Part shown: in pieces, positions 1-11,826 of the stretch
How the letters are laid out: each line of letters opens with the position of its first letter
Numbering within the stretch: the stretch's first letter is position 1
Source: Amoebidium appalachense
Lineage: Eukaryota; Protista; Ichthyosporea
Assembly (NCBI GenBank): GCA_963693365.1
Contig: CAVNZM010000001.1
Coordinates: forward strand, 10,008,161 to 10,072,160
DNA: 64,000 nt
Direction: 5' to 3'
Made by a program: the position numbers and the translations under genes
The notes under the pieces: model-generated
Seen by the model: the letters and a program-made list of their open reading frames with translations, nothing else
Told to the model about the DNA's origin: nothing
Databases searched by the model: none

Positions 1-771
1 GTGTTTTTATTGTGTCCGGCCACTTTATAGTATGCAGCGCTTGTGCTGTGTATTGATTTCATTAAAAATCCGAGTGCCTCAGAGTGGTGTCGTACTCCGC
101 AATATACAGCGCTGGCGCTGTGTCCAGAGTAAATGTGTTTTTATTGTGTCCGGCCACTTTATAGTATGCAGCGCTTGTGCTGTGTATTGATTTCATTAAA
201 AATCCGAGTGCCTCAGAGTGGTGTCGTACTCCGCAATATACAGCGCTGGCGCTGTGTCCAGAGTAAATGTGTTTTTATTGTGTCCGGCCACTTTATAGTA
301 TGCAGCGCTTGTGCTGTGTATTGATTTCATTAAAAATCCGAGTGCCTCAGAGTGGTGTCGTACTCCGCAATATACAGCGCTGGCGCTGTGTCCAGAGTAA
401 ATGTGTTTTTATTGTGTCCGGCCACTTTATAGTATGCAGCGCTTGTGCTGTGTATTGATTTCATTAAAAATCCGAGTGCCTCAGAGTGGTGTCGTACTCC
501 GCAATATACAGCGCTGGCGCTGTGTCCAGAGTAAATGTGTTTTTATTGTGTCCGGCCACTTTATAGTATGCAGCGCTTGTGCTGTGTATTGATTTCATTA
601 AAAATCCGAGTGCCTCAGAGTGGTGTCGTACTCCGCAATATACAGCGCTGGCGCTGTGTCCAGAGTAAATGTGTTTTTATTGTGTCCGGCCACTTTATAG
701 TATGCAGCGCTTGTGCTGTGTATTGATTTCATTAAAAATCCGAGTGCCTCAGAGTGGTGTCGTACTCCGCA
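1..771. repeat. 134-bp tandem array, ~5.75 identical copies, truncated by the window start
   Basis: Unit gtgtttttattgtgtccggcc...ccagagtaaat restarts at 1, 135, 269, 403, 537, 671; identical 63-aa ORFs spaced 134 bp apart. The unit contains two short GC hairpins (acagcgc-tg-gcgctgt; cagcgc-tt-gtgctg). Confidence 0.97.
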
Positions 772-1163
772 GCACCCGTCTTCTTATTGAAATAGTATAT
801 GACTGCATACATCAATGGTGTAACCAATAAACATGTGAGGACAATAGCAGCGCTGACGTACACCAGATACATTTTGTTCACTTTCTCTCCAGCATTCGGT
901 TCGGACTTCATTAAATTGTACCAGTGTATATTTGCAATGACACTGCATATAGATATCACATAAAGAATGCCTGTGGTGACCGTGCTGTCGAACATGTACG
1001 TGTACCTCACAAAACTTTCAGTATCCGACGTGTTACACCCCAAAAGTGACCTTCTGAGATCTTGCCTGTGGTACAAACTCTTGATGCCGTGTTGCTCTTG
1101 TGTTTTACCAGTACCCCTCTCTCCAGATGCCGAATTTAGATTGGAATTCGTGAATACACCCAT
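732..1163 (-). CDS. Intronless 143-aa putative two-pass membrane protein, unknown function
   Basis: ATG-TAA ORF of normal complexity with two hydrophobic segments (GILYVISICSVIANIHW; MYLVYVSAAIVLTCLLVTPLMYAVIYYF) followed by NKK. AATAAA lies downstream inside the tandem unit. Confidence 0.6.
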   Translation of the reverse strand: MGVFTNSNLNSASGERGTGKTQEQHGIKSLYHRQDLRRSLLGCNTSDTESFVRYTYMFDSTVTTGILYVISICSVIANIHWYNLMKSEPNAGEKVNKMYLVYVSAAIVLTCLLVTPLMYAVIYYFNKKTGAAEYDTTLRHSDF

Positions 1164-1298
1164 GTGATTGGTCAGTGGTTTGGCACCAAGAGATAAATTG
1201 ATATGCCATCAACCAGTCAACAAAAAGTACTCGCTTTTACTTTTTGTCTCACTTCACCCCAATCCAAGAACAGTGCACACCAAAACAAAACACTAGAA

Positions 1299-1781
1299 AT
1301 GGGAGACGCACTTTTGTGCCCCGATTCGGTTGACCCCGAACGATGCCCTGCATTTGCACCCTCAAAAAAAGCCCAGTGCAAAAACAAAAAGGAAACATGC
1401 CCATACCACAAGGACGGCTTCAAGCCCTGGGTATGCTTTGCCCCTGCCACCGGTGTCCTCCTCTACAGCGACAACACCATCAACATCCTCCACACCCACA
1501 AGGCCGGGGACTATGGTCATGCAAACCTCCTGTTGGACGACCTCGTGGCCGCCTTTACAGTCGCAGAAATGCAGCGCCCTCGCACCGAGCGCACCGGGGT
1601 ACCCGCGCTGACTGTGTCCACTCCGGATCCACCCATGGGTGCACCACAGCCACCGGTTGCAGCTGCAGCGGTGGGTGTGGGCAGGGAAAATGGGTACTGC
1701 CAGGGCAAAACCAAGGCTGGCAATCCCTGCAAAAACAGGGTGAAATCTACGACCCATTGCCATAAGCACAAGCCCAAATAA
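1299..1781 (+). CDS. Intronless ~160-aa protein with two C-x9/10-C-x6/9-C-x2-H zinc-knuckle motifs (DUF5763-like, virus-type)
   Basis: Motifs RCPAFAPSKKAQCKNKKETCPYH and YCQGKTKAGNPCKNRVKSTTHCHKH. The ATG at 1299 follows an A-rich leader; an upstream in-frame ATG exists at 1203. Family resemblance is from memory of the motif, not a search. Confidence 0.7.
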   Translation: MGDALLCPDSVDPERCPAFAPSKKAQCKNKKETCPYHKDGFKPWVCFAPATGVLLYSDNTINILHTHKAGDYGHANLLLDDLVAAFTVAEMQRPRTERTGVPALTVSTPDPPMGAPQPPVAAAAVGVGRENGYCQGKTKAGNPCKNRVKSTTHCHKHKPK

Positions 1782-1819
1782 AAAAACCACCCACACAGCC
1801 GCATGGTGCCAACATACAC

Positions 1820-2210
1820 TATCCTCCCCGTGAGTGGCATGCCAGTCTCCCCTGCCCCCCCTGCCCCCCTGCCCCCCTGCCCCCCTGCCCCCCTGCCCCC
1901 CTGCCTCCCGGAACCACGCCCCCAGTGGAGTCTCTTAGTACACGTGACCATGGTCATATGCATACACAACACCGTGAGTGGCCCCCCAGTCTCCCCTGCT
2001 CCCCTGCCTCCCCTGCACGTGTGCCTCCCCTGCCTCCCGGAACCACGCCCCCAGTGCCAGTGAGTGCTCCCCTGCCTCCTGCACGTGTGCCTCCCCTGCC
2101 CCCCTGCTCCCCTGCCTCCCGGAACCACGCCCGGCGCAGTGCCAGTGAGTGCTCCCCTGCACGTGTGCCTCCCCTGCCTCCCGGAACCACGCCCCGGCGC
2201 AGTGGCAGCT
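1820..2210. repeat. C-rich imperfect direct repeats (~65-80-bp units plus nested cccctgccc 9-10-mers)
   Basis: cccctgcctcccggaaccacgcc occurs four times (~1897, 2026, 2108, 2171) with gcacgtgtg and gtgagtg sub-blocks; the minus strand is rich in G4 runs. Confidence 0.9.
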
Positions 2211-2235
2211 ATTTTTAGATATAGAGATTCCATGG

Positions 2236-2335
2236 CCACATGGCCAGATGGCCAGATCATTTTGCTCACCGTTTTATCCCGTTTTATCCACCTTTTTCCA
2301 CACACTGAATTTGACCTGGCCATCTGGCCATCTGG
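2236..2335. repeat. 24-bp inverted repeat built from 8-bp tggccaga iterons, 52-bp spacer
   Basis: ccacatggccagatggccagatca (2236-2259) against tgacctggccatctggccatctgg (2312-2335): 22/24 complementary. Confidence 0.9.
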
Positions 2336-3044
2336 GTAGAGACCGTTTTCTGTTCTGATATTGGAGAACTGTCTGATAGTGATAGCAAATGTCATTCGAA
2401 GAACAATCGGGAAACCCCGTGGTGTGACAACCAATCAGAATGAAGCAACCATATGCATGCGGCTGCGGTGGCGGCGCCTTCCGCCAAGTCTGAAACGGCG
2501 CAGCAGCAAAACTTTGTGCACAGAATAAAAACAATAAACAGGTAAAAAAATGATAATATTTAATATGCATTGATTCCCTTATTTTCCCTTTACCCTATAG
2601 CCCCAGCTGACCTGTATTCTCAGTGTTCCATAACTTCCATGATTTCCACCCTGGATTTCGTAATCCAAGGTGCTTTGGGTATAGGGAGACATATTATGTG
2701 AGCCGCTCCCGTCCGTTATGATGGTCTATAGAGTTTTCCCTCTTCCTCAGTTCAATCTCTTCTTTAACGTACCCGTGAGCAACAGAGATGTTTCAAGCAA
2801 AAACTACATGTTTGAAAATGCCCTTTTATTATTATGCACGTCAGCCCAACTGCTAGGGACAGCGAGTATAAAGAGAGTGCGGTGAAGGATATAATCTGTT
2901 CAATTAATTAGTCTGCCTGCAATTCTTCTTTCCGTGACATTGATATAAACCTGCATGCACCAAGGTGAAACAGCCGGGTGCACTCCCTTTTTTACATCCA
3001 TACAGTTTGACAGTTCATCCTGTTGACATGAAAAGCCATATAGA

Positions 3045-3547
3045 ATGTCTTTAAAAACATTAGGTCTCCATAAGGCGCGGTCCTTTTTACGGAGCAGATC
3101 ACATCCTGCAGAATGCGTCCGTGACCCGCTGGGAGAGCAGCTCGTCGAACCTGGGTTCGAATTTTCCTTTGAGCAATTTACGGTTTTGAAACTTCTGGGT
3201 TCTGGTGGATATGCCCGTGTCGAGCTCTGCAAACACAACACAACAGGAGCGCTAATTGCTCTAAAGACCATCAGGAAATTCGGTTGTTCGCAGAACATAG
3301 CGCGCGAGAGGAAGGTGGTGGGTGATCTGATGTCCGTGTCCTCACCGTTCTTGGTGAGGACGTACGGGGCGTTTCAGGATGACCGACACCTGTACTATGT
3401 GCTGGAGTATGTGCCGGGGGGGGGAGCTGTTTGCTGCACTGCAGGTGGGTTTTTATTTTAGTTTTTTCCCCCCTTCTTTTTTTTTCTTTCTTTCTTTGCT
3501 TCTCTCCATTTTCCTTTTTTTTTCTTTTTTTCTTTTTTTTTTTTTTT

Positions 3548-3601
<54 letters not shown>

Positions 3602-3645
3602 TCTGTGTGTGTGTGTGGGTGGGTGGGTGGGTGGGTGGGTGGGTG

Positions 3646-3735
<90 letters not shown>

Positions 3736-3889
3736 GTGTTAAGTTTGTGTGCATCAGTGTGGGTTCTTTTTGCATTTATGGTTGCTGAGGGTTCAAGGGT
3801 GTTTTTTTTTTTTCGTTTTTTTTTTTTTTTGGGGGGGGGGGGGGGTATAGGTGTGGATGTGTGGGGATGTTGTTCGGGGGGGAGGCAGG

Positions 3890-3925
<36 letters not shown>

Positions 3926-5337
3926 CCAGCCCACACCTGTAGTCGCTGATAAAAAGGGCAGAGGCTCCTCAGAGGGGAAAGGAGGGGGGGGGGGGGGGGG
4001 GGGGGGTGTCGAGTTGTAGCTTCGTTTTGCAGATGTGGTGTAAAATAAATAATTCCTGCATTTTGGAATGTTGAAGATGATATCTACTTGTGAAAAAACC
4101 TAACACAAATATCCCTCTCACCTGCACACACATGCACCCGCCCACACGCACACGCACACATACAGAATAAAAGGAACACGCACCCCATACGTACATACAA
4201 ACACACACACACTCCCGCACACTGATACACCGACACACGCACGCACGGAGGCGTGGTCGCACACACACGCACACACAATCACACACACGCACGCACGCAC
4301 GCACGCACGTATGGTGCAGGTGCAAAAGGGGCGGAAGTTTCCAGAGGACACGGCACGTTTCTACATGGCTGAGGTGGTGCTGGCACTTGAACACCTGCAC
4401 TCGGAATGTGGGATAATTCACCGGGATTTGAAACCGGAAAACGTTCTAATGGCCGACAACGGGCACATCAAGCTCATCGATTTTGGGTTCGCCAAGCACA
4501 TGTCCGGGGAAAATGAACGCACTTTTACGGTTTGCGGTACCCCGGACTACACCGCCCCGGAGGTTATCAAGGGGGAATCCGGGTACGGGTTTACGGCCGA
4601 TTATTGGGCCCTTGGTGTTTTAATGTATGAGATGGTAGTGGGTCACGCGCCGTTTTATACCAACGCCGCGACGGGGGGGGGCCTTATACACATACGTCAT
4701 GGCCGGGGTATTTGACCTCCCCAAGGATTTGTCTCCCGCGGGGCAAAATCTCATCAAGAGGCTCCTGTCCGTGGACGTCAGGTCGAGGTTGGGGACGGAG
4801 GGGGGGATCCAGGAAATTAAGAACCATGTGTGGTTCAGGGGGATCGACTGGACGGCGCTGCAAAATTTACAGATAAAACCCCCCCACCTCCCCGCGAAAC
4901 CAAAGGGGAACATGTGCTTCATCGAGCATAGACCCACCACTATGGAGGACATGGGGACGGAAATCGATCAGACCCCTTTCGAGGATTTTGGGGGGATTTT
5001 TCCTACGGCGAAAGATTTCGAAAGCGCGGAAAAAACGAAGGAAAGGTTGACGGCGGAGGCTGAAACGAACAGCAAAAGACTAGCAAGAAGACACACGACG
5101 TCGGGACCGCTCTCTGATCGGCCAAGATCGAAACCGATTACGGGTGCGCACGCGCATCCCCCGGTCCACAAGACCAAGAGCGGGGGCTTTGCGTTCGAAC
5201 GGAAGACGGTGGACGAGGTGCCGATTCGTAATCGGGAGGAGAGAGCCAATAACAGGAAGCAGAGATTTAGTCTTCCCGATCCGGCGACGATTCAGAGACT
5301 GAGCATCCGTACAGGGTTCCATGGGCCCTATATATAA
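3045..5337 (+). CDS. AGC-family Ser/Thr protein kinase (PKA/S6K-like catalytic domain), exons 3045-3444 and 4320-5337
   Basis: Motifs [41 protein letters not shown] and AGC tail IKNHVWF..IDW..PP. Phase-0 GT-AG intron joins ELFAALQ|VQKGRKF. Two +1 shifts in G9 runs (~3416-3424, ~4673-4681), probably homopolymer errors. Confidence 0.93.
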
Positions 5338-6147
5338 GGGGGGCGTGGTTGGGTCCTTGCGATGATAATACTGTAATTTTTTTAAATTCTTGATTTTTAT
5401 TTTTATTATTCCTTTTTTTTGGGGGGGGGGGGGGGGGGGGGGGGGGAGGGGTTGTTTTCTGATCGTATTTTTGAACGATTTCTGATTTGTTTACTATGGT
5501 AGTTTCAAGTTTCTGAATCCTCCTTTTTGGCAATTCCCGGTTGGGTTTTCAATCTTTCGAATGTGACAAGTTGAGTATTATACCTGAATCTAGATGTATT
5601 CCATGGCTGGACATGTAGGCTTTGTATATACCGAATGTAAATATTGTAGATTGAACGTGTGTGTAAGATATCTAGCGCTTTTGATATGGAGCGTTTTATT
5701 GTTTTATCATTTTTTATTTTTTTTGGCCCTACAACACACGCACACACACACGCGCGTGTATGAATGTACGCGCTTGCGCACGCACACATTCACACATTCA
5801 CACAAAAGCACGCACATACACACACATGTACACAGTCTTTAACAGTGACAAGTGCCTGAGCTAAAACTGAAAATGACCAAAGATGAATCCCGCACCAAGA
5901 GAAGAGATATATAGTCAGGTGATATACATACGATTATGTACCAGGAGATATACTGAAAAGTAGCCGAAGGCTCTTTCTTATTTTTTCCCCTTTAACGTTA
6001 ACTTGCAACTGTACTTAACTTAGCTGGATTTGTTTACCTGATTCTGTTTCCTGGCGATTTTGTATTTGTTCTCCTTTTCCACCAGCACAAATGACAAATA
6101 TATCTATCTGCTCTATCTGCTCTGTATTTTCCCTCGCTGTACATTCA

Positions 6148-6536
6148 TTATCCATGCAATTCATTATAATATCCAAACACTCTAAAATAATACTTTCTAT
6201 GAGGCTGGATCCTCGTGATCCCCATAAAATGGTAAGAAATAATCCGCCTACATTTTGTTGGTGTGCAATCTGGACACGGCCAGCGATCAACCGAGATATC
6301 GCCCGAAAAATCTGCAAGCCTATCTTCACGAGCACTGAAGCTTATTGATTCTTTGACGTTCTATATGTGCACGTGGGCAGTTTGAAATAACGGACCATTC
6401 GGCATTTCACCATAAAAGGCTGTAGGCCAAACCCGCGATTTCTAAAAGGAAAGACATTGCACCACATACAGGCGATAATCATTGGCGTTCTCTGCAGACC
6501 TATAGAAAATGAGACCTGTACTTGGAGCGTTGAGCC
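6148..6536 (-). pseudogene. Decayed exon with a fibronectin type III-like C-terminal motif
   Basis: After an atcag acceptor, ~130 codons read GLNAPSTGLIFYRSAENANDYRLYVVQC...GITRIQPHRKYYFRVFGYYNELHG*, interrupted by TAG at ~6442 and ~6361. IQPHRKYYFRV resembles the FN3 L-x-P-x-x-x-Y-x-F-R-V motif. Confidence 0.4.
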
Positions 6537-6798
6537 CTGATATATCATGATATGATACATGCTGTTGTGTGTGTGTGTGTGTGTATGTGTGCATGTGACG
6601 ACCCGGGAAGAGGGGGGGAGGGGGGGGGGGCTCTTGCATGTGCACGCGCTTGCGTAGACGATGTGTTGTTGTGTGTGTGCGTGTACATGTGGGTGCATAC
6701 ACTGTGATTTGTGTCTGTGTGCCTTGTTTCTTCTGTGTGTGTGTGTGCGTGTGTATGCTTGCGTGTGTGTGCATGTGTGGGTGTGTGCGCGCGCGTGG

Positions 6799-6869
<71 letters not shown>

Positions 6870-7524
6870 CGCGTGCACAGAAAGTTTATGGTGTGTGTGG
6901 TGTGTTAATACATGTGTGCACTTTTTGTCTGAGTGAATGCAAATTTCGGTGAGGGTGTTGCGGTGTTTGTGTGTGCGTCCCTTTGTCCACCAACCGTCGA
7001 ATTATGTGAAACTGCGGAGCTACATGTGTATAGTATTTATGTGCGTGTGTGCCTGTGTGTCTGTGCTCTGTGCCTCTGCGCTTGAGTGCGTGTGTGTGTC
7101 CCCTAGTGTATCGCATCACAAGGAGGCGCCACTTTATGTGTGGAGTACACGTGCAGCAGTGTATTCAAGTAAAAGTAAAAATAAACTAAAAATAAAAACA
7201 CACATGTTGAATGTTTGTGCACACGCCTGTGTGTGTGTTGCGTTCGCATCGCATCTTGACGAGACACTAACATGATCGTCAAATTCATACGATATATGTA
7301 TAGAGGATTCAACAGTCCAAATGGGGGGGTGGGGTGGGGGGTGGGGGGGGTGGGTGGGGGGGTGGGGGGGGGGGGGGGGGATGGGCGGGGACAAGGGGGA
7401 GAGGGGAGGGGAGAAGGGAGAGAGAGAGAGCCGGAGTCGGCAATAAGCAAACATCAAGGGGGGGGGGGGGGGGGGGGGGGCACACGGATGGGGGGGGGGG
7501 GGGGGGGGGGGGGAGATGGGGGGT

Positions 7525-7574
<50 letters not shown>

Positions 7575-8602
7575 TAATGACTGAGGTGCTCTGCTACGAA
7601 AATGGGGGCTTTCCGTGCAGCAAATTTTGCATGAAACTTTTCAGCAGATACTTGAGGGCGACTTTTGACCTATCCCTTCCCGAAACAATTACAATCCCAC
7701 GTGGGATGCCATGTTCATGACAGGCACACATTCAAGACGGGTTAGGCGCTCAAACAAACGGATGTTCATTTTCTCCAGGCCCAAGGCTAAAATTTTTTGA
7801 TTTGATTGTGGGACGAAAGGTTAGATTTCAGACCGTTTTATGGACGAGAGCAAAAATGAAGTGGGTCACGGGTGGGTTCACACAAACACAGGAACGTTAA
7901 CAACATTATATTCCTGTTCAGGGCCCCTTAAGGTCTCAGTGAATAACTTTAGGGCTGGGCAACCACATCGGCAGAGTTGACTTGCTCTGAGCAGAATTAT
8001 TTTGCAAAAAAGCATAATTATTCAGGATCTGCTTCAGGCATGTTTATTCTGCTCCCGTGAGCAGAATAAGTCTACTCCAAGCAGAAACATTCTGCTTTTC
8101 AGCAGAGTCCATCTTTTAGCAGAATATTCTTGCTTTTGCTCAATTGTTCTTCTTTTGTCGAATAGCTCTGCTTTTAAAGAATAGCTCTGCATTTTTCAGA
8201 ATAATTCCGAGCAGGCAGTCGTATAAGAGCACCTAATAACGGGCAGTTGTAAACATCCACACGTGGTGTGTTTGTGTGTGCACGGTGCAAAAAGCAGAGT
8301 TATTCTGCAAGAAGCAGACTTATACTGCAACTGCAATGGAAACAGGATATATATGCAACCTTGCGTGCGCATGTACACATGAGTGTTACTGCTTCAGTTG
8401 TGCACGTGTGTGTGTGGGTTGGCGCGCGTTGCTGTGTGTTTGATTCTGAAGACACTCACAGGATTTTCCATGCTATTATGATGCTCTGGAGGAGCCCACT
8501 GGCCAAATGGGGGGAAGCGAGGGTGGGGTGGGGTGAGGGGTGGGCGGGGGGGGTGGGGGGGGGGGGGGGGGGGGGGGGAAGGGGAAGAAAGGGGGGAGGG
8601 TG

Positions 8603-8641
<39 letters not shown>

Positions 8642-9638
8642 AAAATTTGAATGGTTTTCTGCTACCTGAATTGAATGGCACTCATGGTAAGAAAGTTTAT
8701 AGCAAGTGCTTGAGGGCGACCAACTCATACCTTTAAGGACTTGGAGAGGTTCAAAAATTCCGCAAGAATGCTACGTCATCATTATATGACAGGCACATGT
8801 TCGAGAGGGGTGGTCACACAAACCAATTGACGTTCATCTTCCCAATGCCATACCGCAACAAGTTTTCGGTTTGATTGTGGGACAATTTTAAAAAAAAAAA
8901 AAGTTCAGATCCGAACGGTGCGCTGTGACAGGTTTTTAATATACTATTGTGCACACACATGCCGTAGCTCAGCAATGGAAGACATCGTAATCATGTGGCT
9001 GACTGAGTGGCGGGTCAGTGCAGTGGGTCAATGTTTTAAGTCTTGTATGTAATGTGTGTGTGTAATACGATGCCACTCTGACAGTGTATGTGTATGTTTG
9101 CACGGTGTGTGTGTGTACTACGTGCCCCCCCCCCCCCCCCCCCAAAAAAAAAAAAAAAAAAAGAAAAGTTAAGAGATCAACACCTAAAGCTGCAGCCCAG
9201 AAAAGTTCCCAGGACCCCAGGGAAGAGGGGGGGGGGGGGGGGGGGGGGGGGTAAATATGATAACATAAATCCTACGGCTGAGAACCTTGAGGCTCTAGAC
9301 CCAACAAGGAGTTTACCTGTTATCCATAATGTTGGGTGACCACTGTATGTGCACAGTTGCGCATTCGCACGTAGGCACATGTGTGCCATATTTGTGTGTG
9401 TATAAGCGTGCGCGCGCGTGTGCACGTGTGTGTGCACGTCACGTATGTGGCAAGATATTAAACAAGTAATTTGGTCAACATTCCAGGGCCTACTGGGAGG
9501 GGGGGGGGGGGGGGGATAACTTCGGATTCAAAGTAACCTAAACCTTCGGAACGCGGGCGAGCAGGCGGTCGGGGGAAATGGGGAGGGGGGGGGGGGGGGG
9601 GGAGGGGAGGGGGGGGGGGGGGAGGGGGGAGGGGGAAA

Positions 9639-9673
<35 letters not shown>

Positions 9674-10493
9674 TCTAGGGTAGGCCTATGTATGTACTCC
9701 GGATGTGTGTATGGGTGGGTGGGTGTGTGTGTGGGGGGGGGGGGGGAGGGGGGGAGGGGGGGGGGGGGGGGAAGGGGGGGGGGGGGGGGGGAGGGAGGGG
9801 GGGTGGGGGGTGGGGGGGTTACAGAAAAATCATGAGAGGATGCTCTACCACAGAGGTGATAATTGTTGGTGTAGCATTGTCCAGCATTATTCAGCAAATA
9901 CTCGAGGGTGAGCCATGACATTTAAACAAATTTAAATTGATTGACATCGTCATCGGGTGCCGTTATCATGGCATGCTCCATGATGGGCACTTGTTGAGAA
10001 GGGGTGGTTACCCAAGCAAATGGATGTCACCTTCCGAATAATATTTGCATCAAGTATTCGCGTTGATTGTGGGACGAAAATAGTTCTTCATGCCTGTTTC
10101 TCGAGTTGGAAATGGTGTATTTGTTTGACTGGTTGTTTAAAAAGCGAATTACTCGTGTGAGTCACTGAGCTTTAGCCGAAGAAAGCATCAAATATTGATG
10201 GATAAAGGGATTGGGGGTTCACACAAACCTGAGGCGCAACACTTCAGTGTGTATGCATGCGCACGACCCCAGGGGGGAGGGGGGAGGAGAGGGGAAACGG
10301 GGGGGCATGCACTGTGTATGTATACCTATGTATGTGCGTGCGCAACTTTGCGGCGCGTACTCTGTGATATGTATCTGTCTGCCACAGTGTCTGTCTGTGT
10401 GTGTGTTTGTGTGTGTTTGTGTGTATCTGTGCTGGTGTGTGTGTGTGTGTGTGTGTGTGTGTGGTTATGTGTTTGTGTGTGTGTGTGTGGTTA

Positions 10494-10590
<97 letters not shown>

Positions 10591-10833
10591 CAACGGCCTG
10601 GAGACAGCGTAAAACGGCTTTGCATAATGGCTCTATGGGGCTCGGACACGTTCCTTAAGTATATGACGTTTTTCCTTATGTACCTTTTTTTGCGATAAAA
10701 TAGGGGTATCTGTGTTTGCATGTAGATTTTGTGGTCGTTAGTCACGGGGCGTGTGTGTGTGTGTCTCCCGCTTCCGTGTGTGCACGGTGTGTGTCACAGT
10801 GTGTGCGTGTTTTGTGTATCTGTCCCCGCCCTC

Positions 10834-10883
<50 letters not shown>

Positions 10884-11253
10884 TTCGCCTTCCTGTCTGA
10901 AAAAAAGAAGAAACCTTTTAAAGCTCCAGCCATTGAATTTCCCCACGGAAGAGGGGTCCCGGAACGGGCACTTTACACAGTGTATGTACGTAGCAAGAAT
11001 ATTTCAACCATGTGACATAGCCAACAACCCAAGGCTAAGGGGTAACGGTGGGTTGGTGGTGGTGGTGGTGGTGGGTGGGTGGGGGGGGGGGGGGGGGGGG
11101 GGAGGGAGGCGGGGGAGGGCGAGAGAGAGGGGGGCAGGGGGAGGGGGAGGGGGAGGGATCTCTCGAGAAAATTGAAATTGAGACATGTACGGGCGGGTGG
11201 GGAGGGGGGGAGGATGAACCGGGGGGGAGGGGGGGTGGGTGGGGGGAAATAGC

Positions 11254-11291
<38 letters not shown>

Positions 11292-11358
11292 TCTAGAGTG
11301 AGGGGGGGGGGAGAGAGAGAGAGAGAGAGAGAAAGAGAGATCTAGAGTGAGGGGGGGG

Positions 11359-11411
<53 letters not shown>

Positions 11412-11416
11412 GGAGC

Positions 11417-11509
<93 letters not shown>

Positions 11510-11761
11510 TGAGTGATGGGGGGGAGAGAAAGAGGCAGAGAGATCGATGGTAAGCAAGCGATCTATGGTACACGTATGCCACGGTACTCCGGGTGTGTGT
11601 ATGTGTGCCCGTGGCGGGGGCGGGGAGGGGGGGGGGGCGGGGGGAGGGGGGTGGGGGAGTCGGGTGGTGGTGGGGGGAGGGGGGGGGGGCGGCGGTGGCC
11701 GAGGGGGGAGGGGGGGGGGCGGCGGTGGCCGAGTGAGGGGGGAAGAGAAGGGAGTACGTGT

Positions 11762-11826
<65 letters not shown>

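Larger units (their letters stand above)
1..2600. mobile_element. Candidate terminal part of an integrated viral/mobile DNA element
   Basis: Compact, intronless, microsatellite-free segment with a virus-type zinc-knuckle ORF and subterminal direct and inverted repeats. No hallmark gene (polB, capsid, integrase) is visible; the right boundary is approximate. Confidence 0.45.

Noticed and set aside
133-726. Four identical 63-aa ORFs
   Set aside because: By-product of the 134-bp period; they overlap each other and have no coding signature.
1517-2434. 305-aa minus-strand ORF and overlapping ORFs across the C-rich repeats
   Set aside because: Open in several frames because the GC-rich repeats lack stops; no domain-like content.
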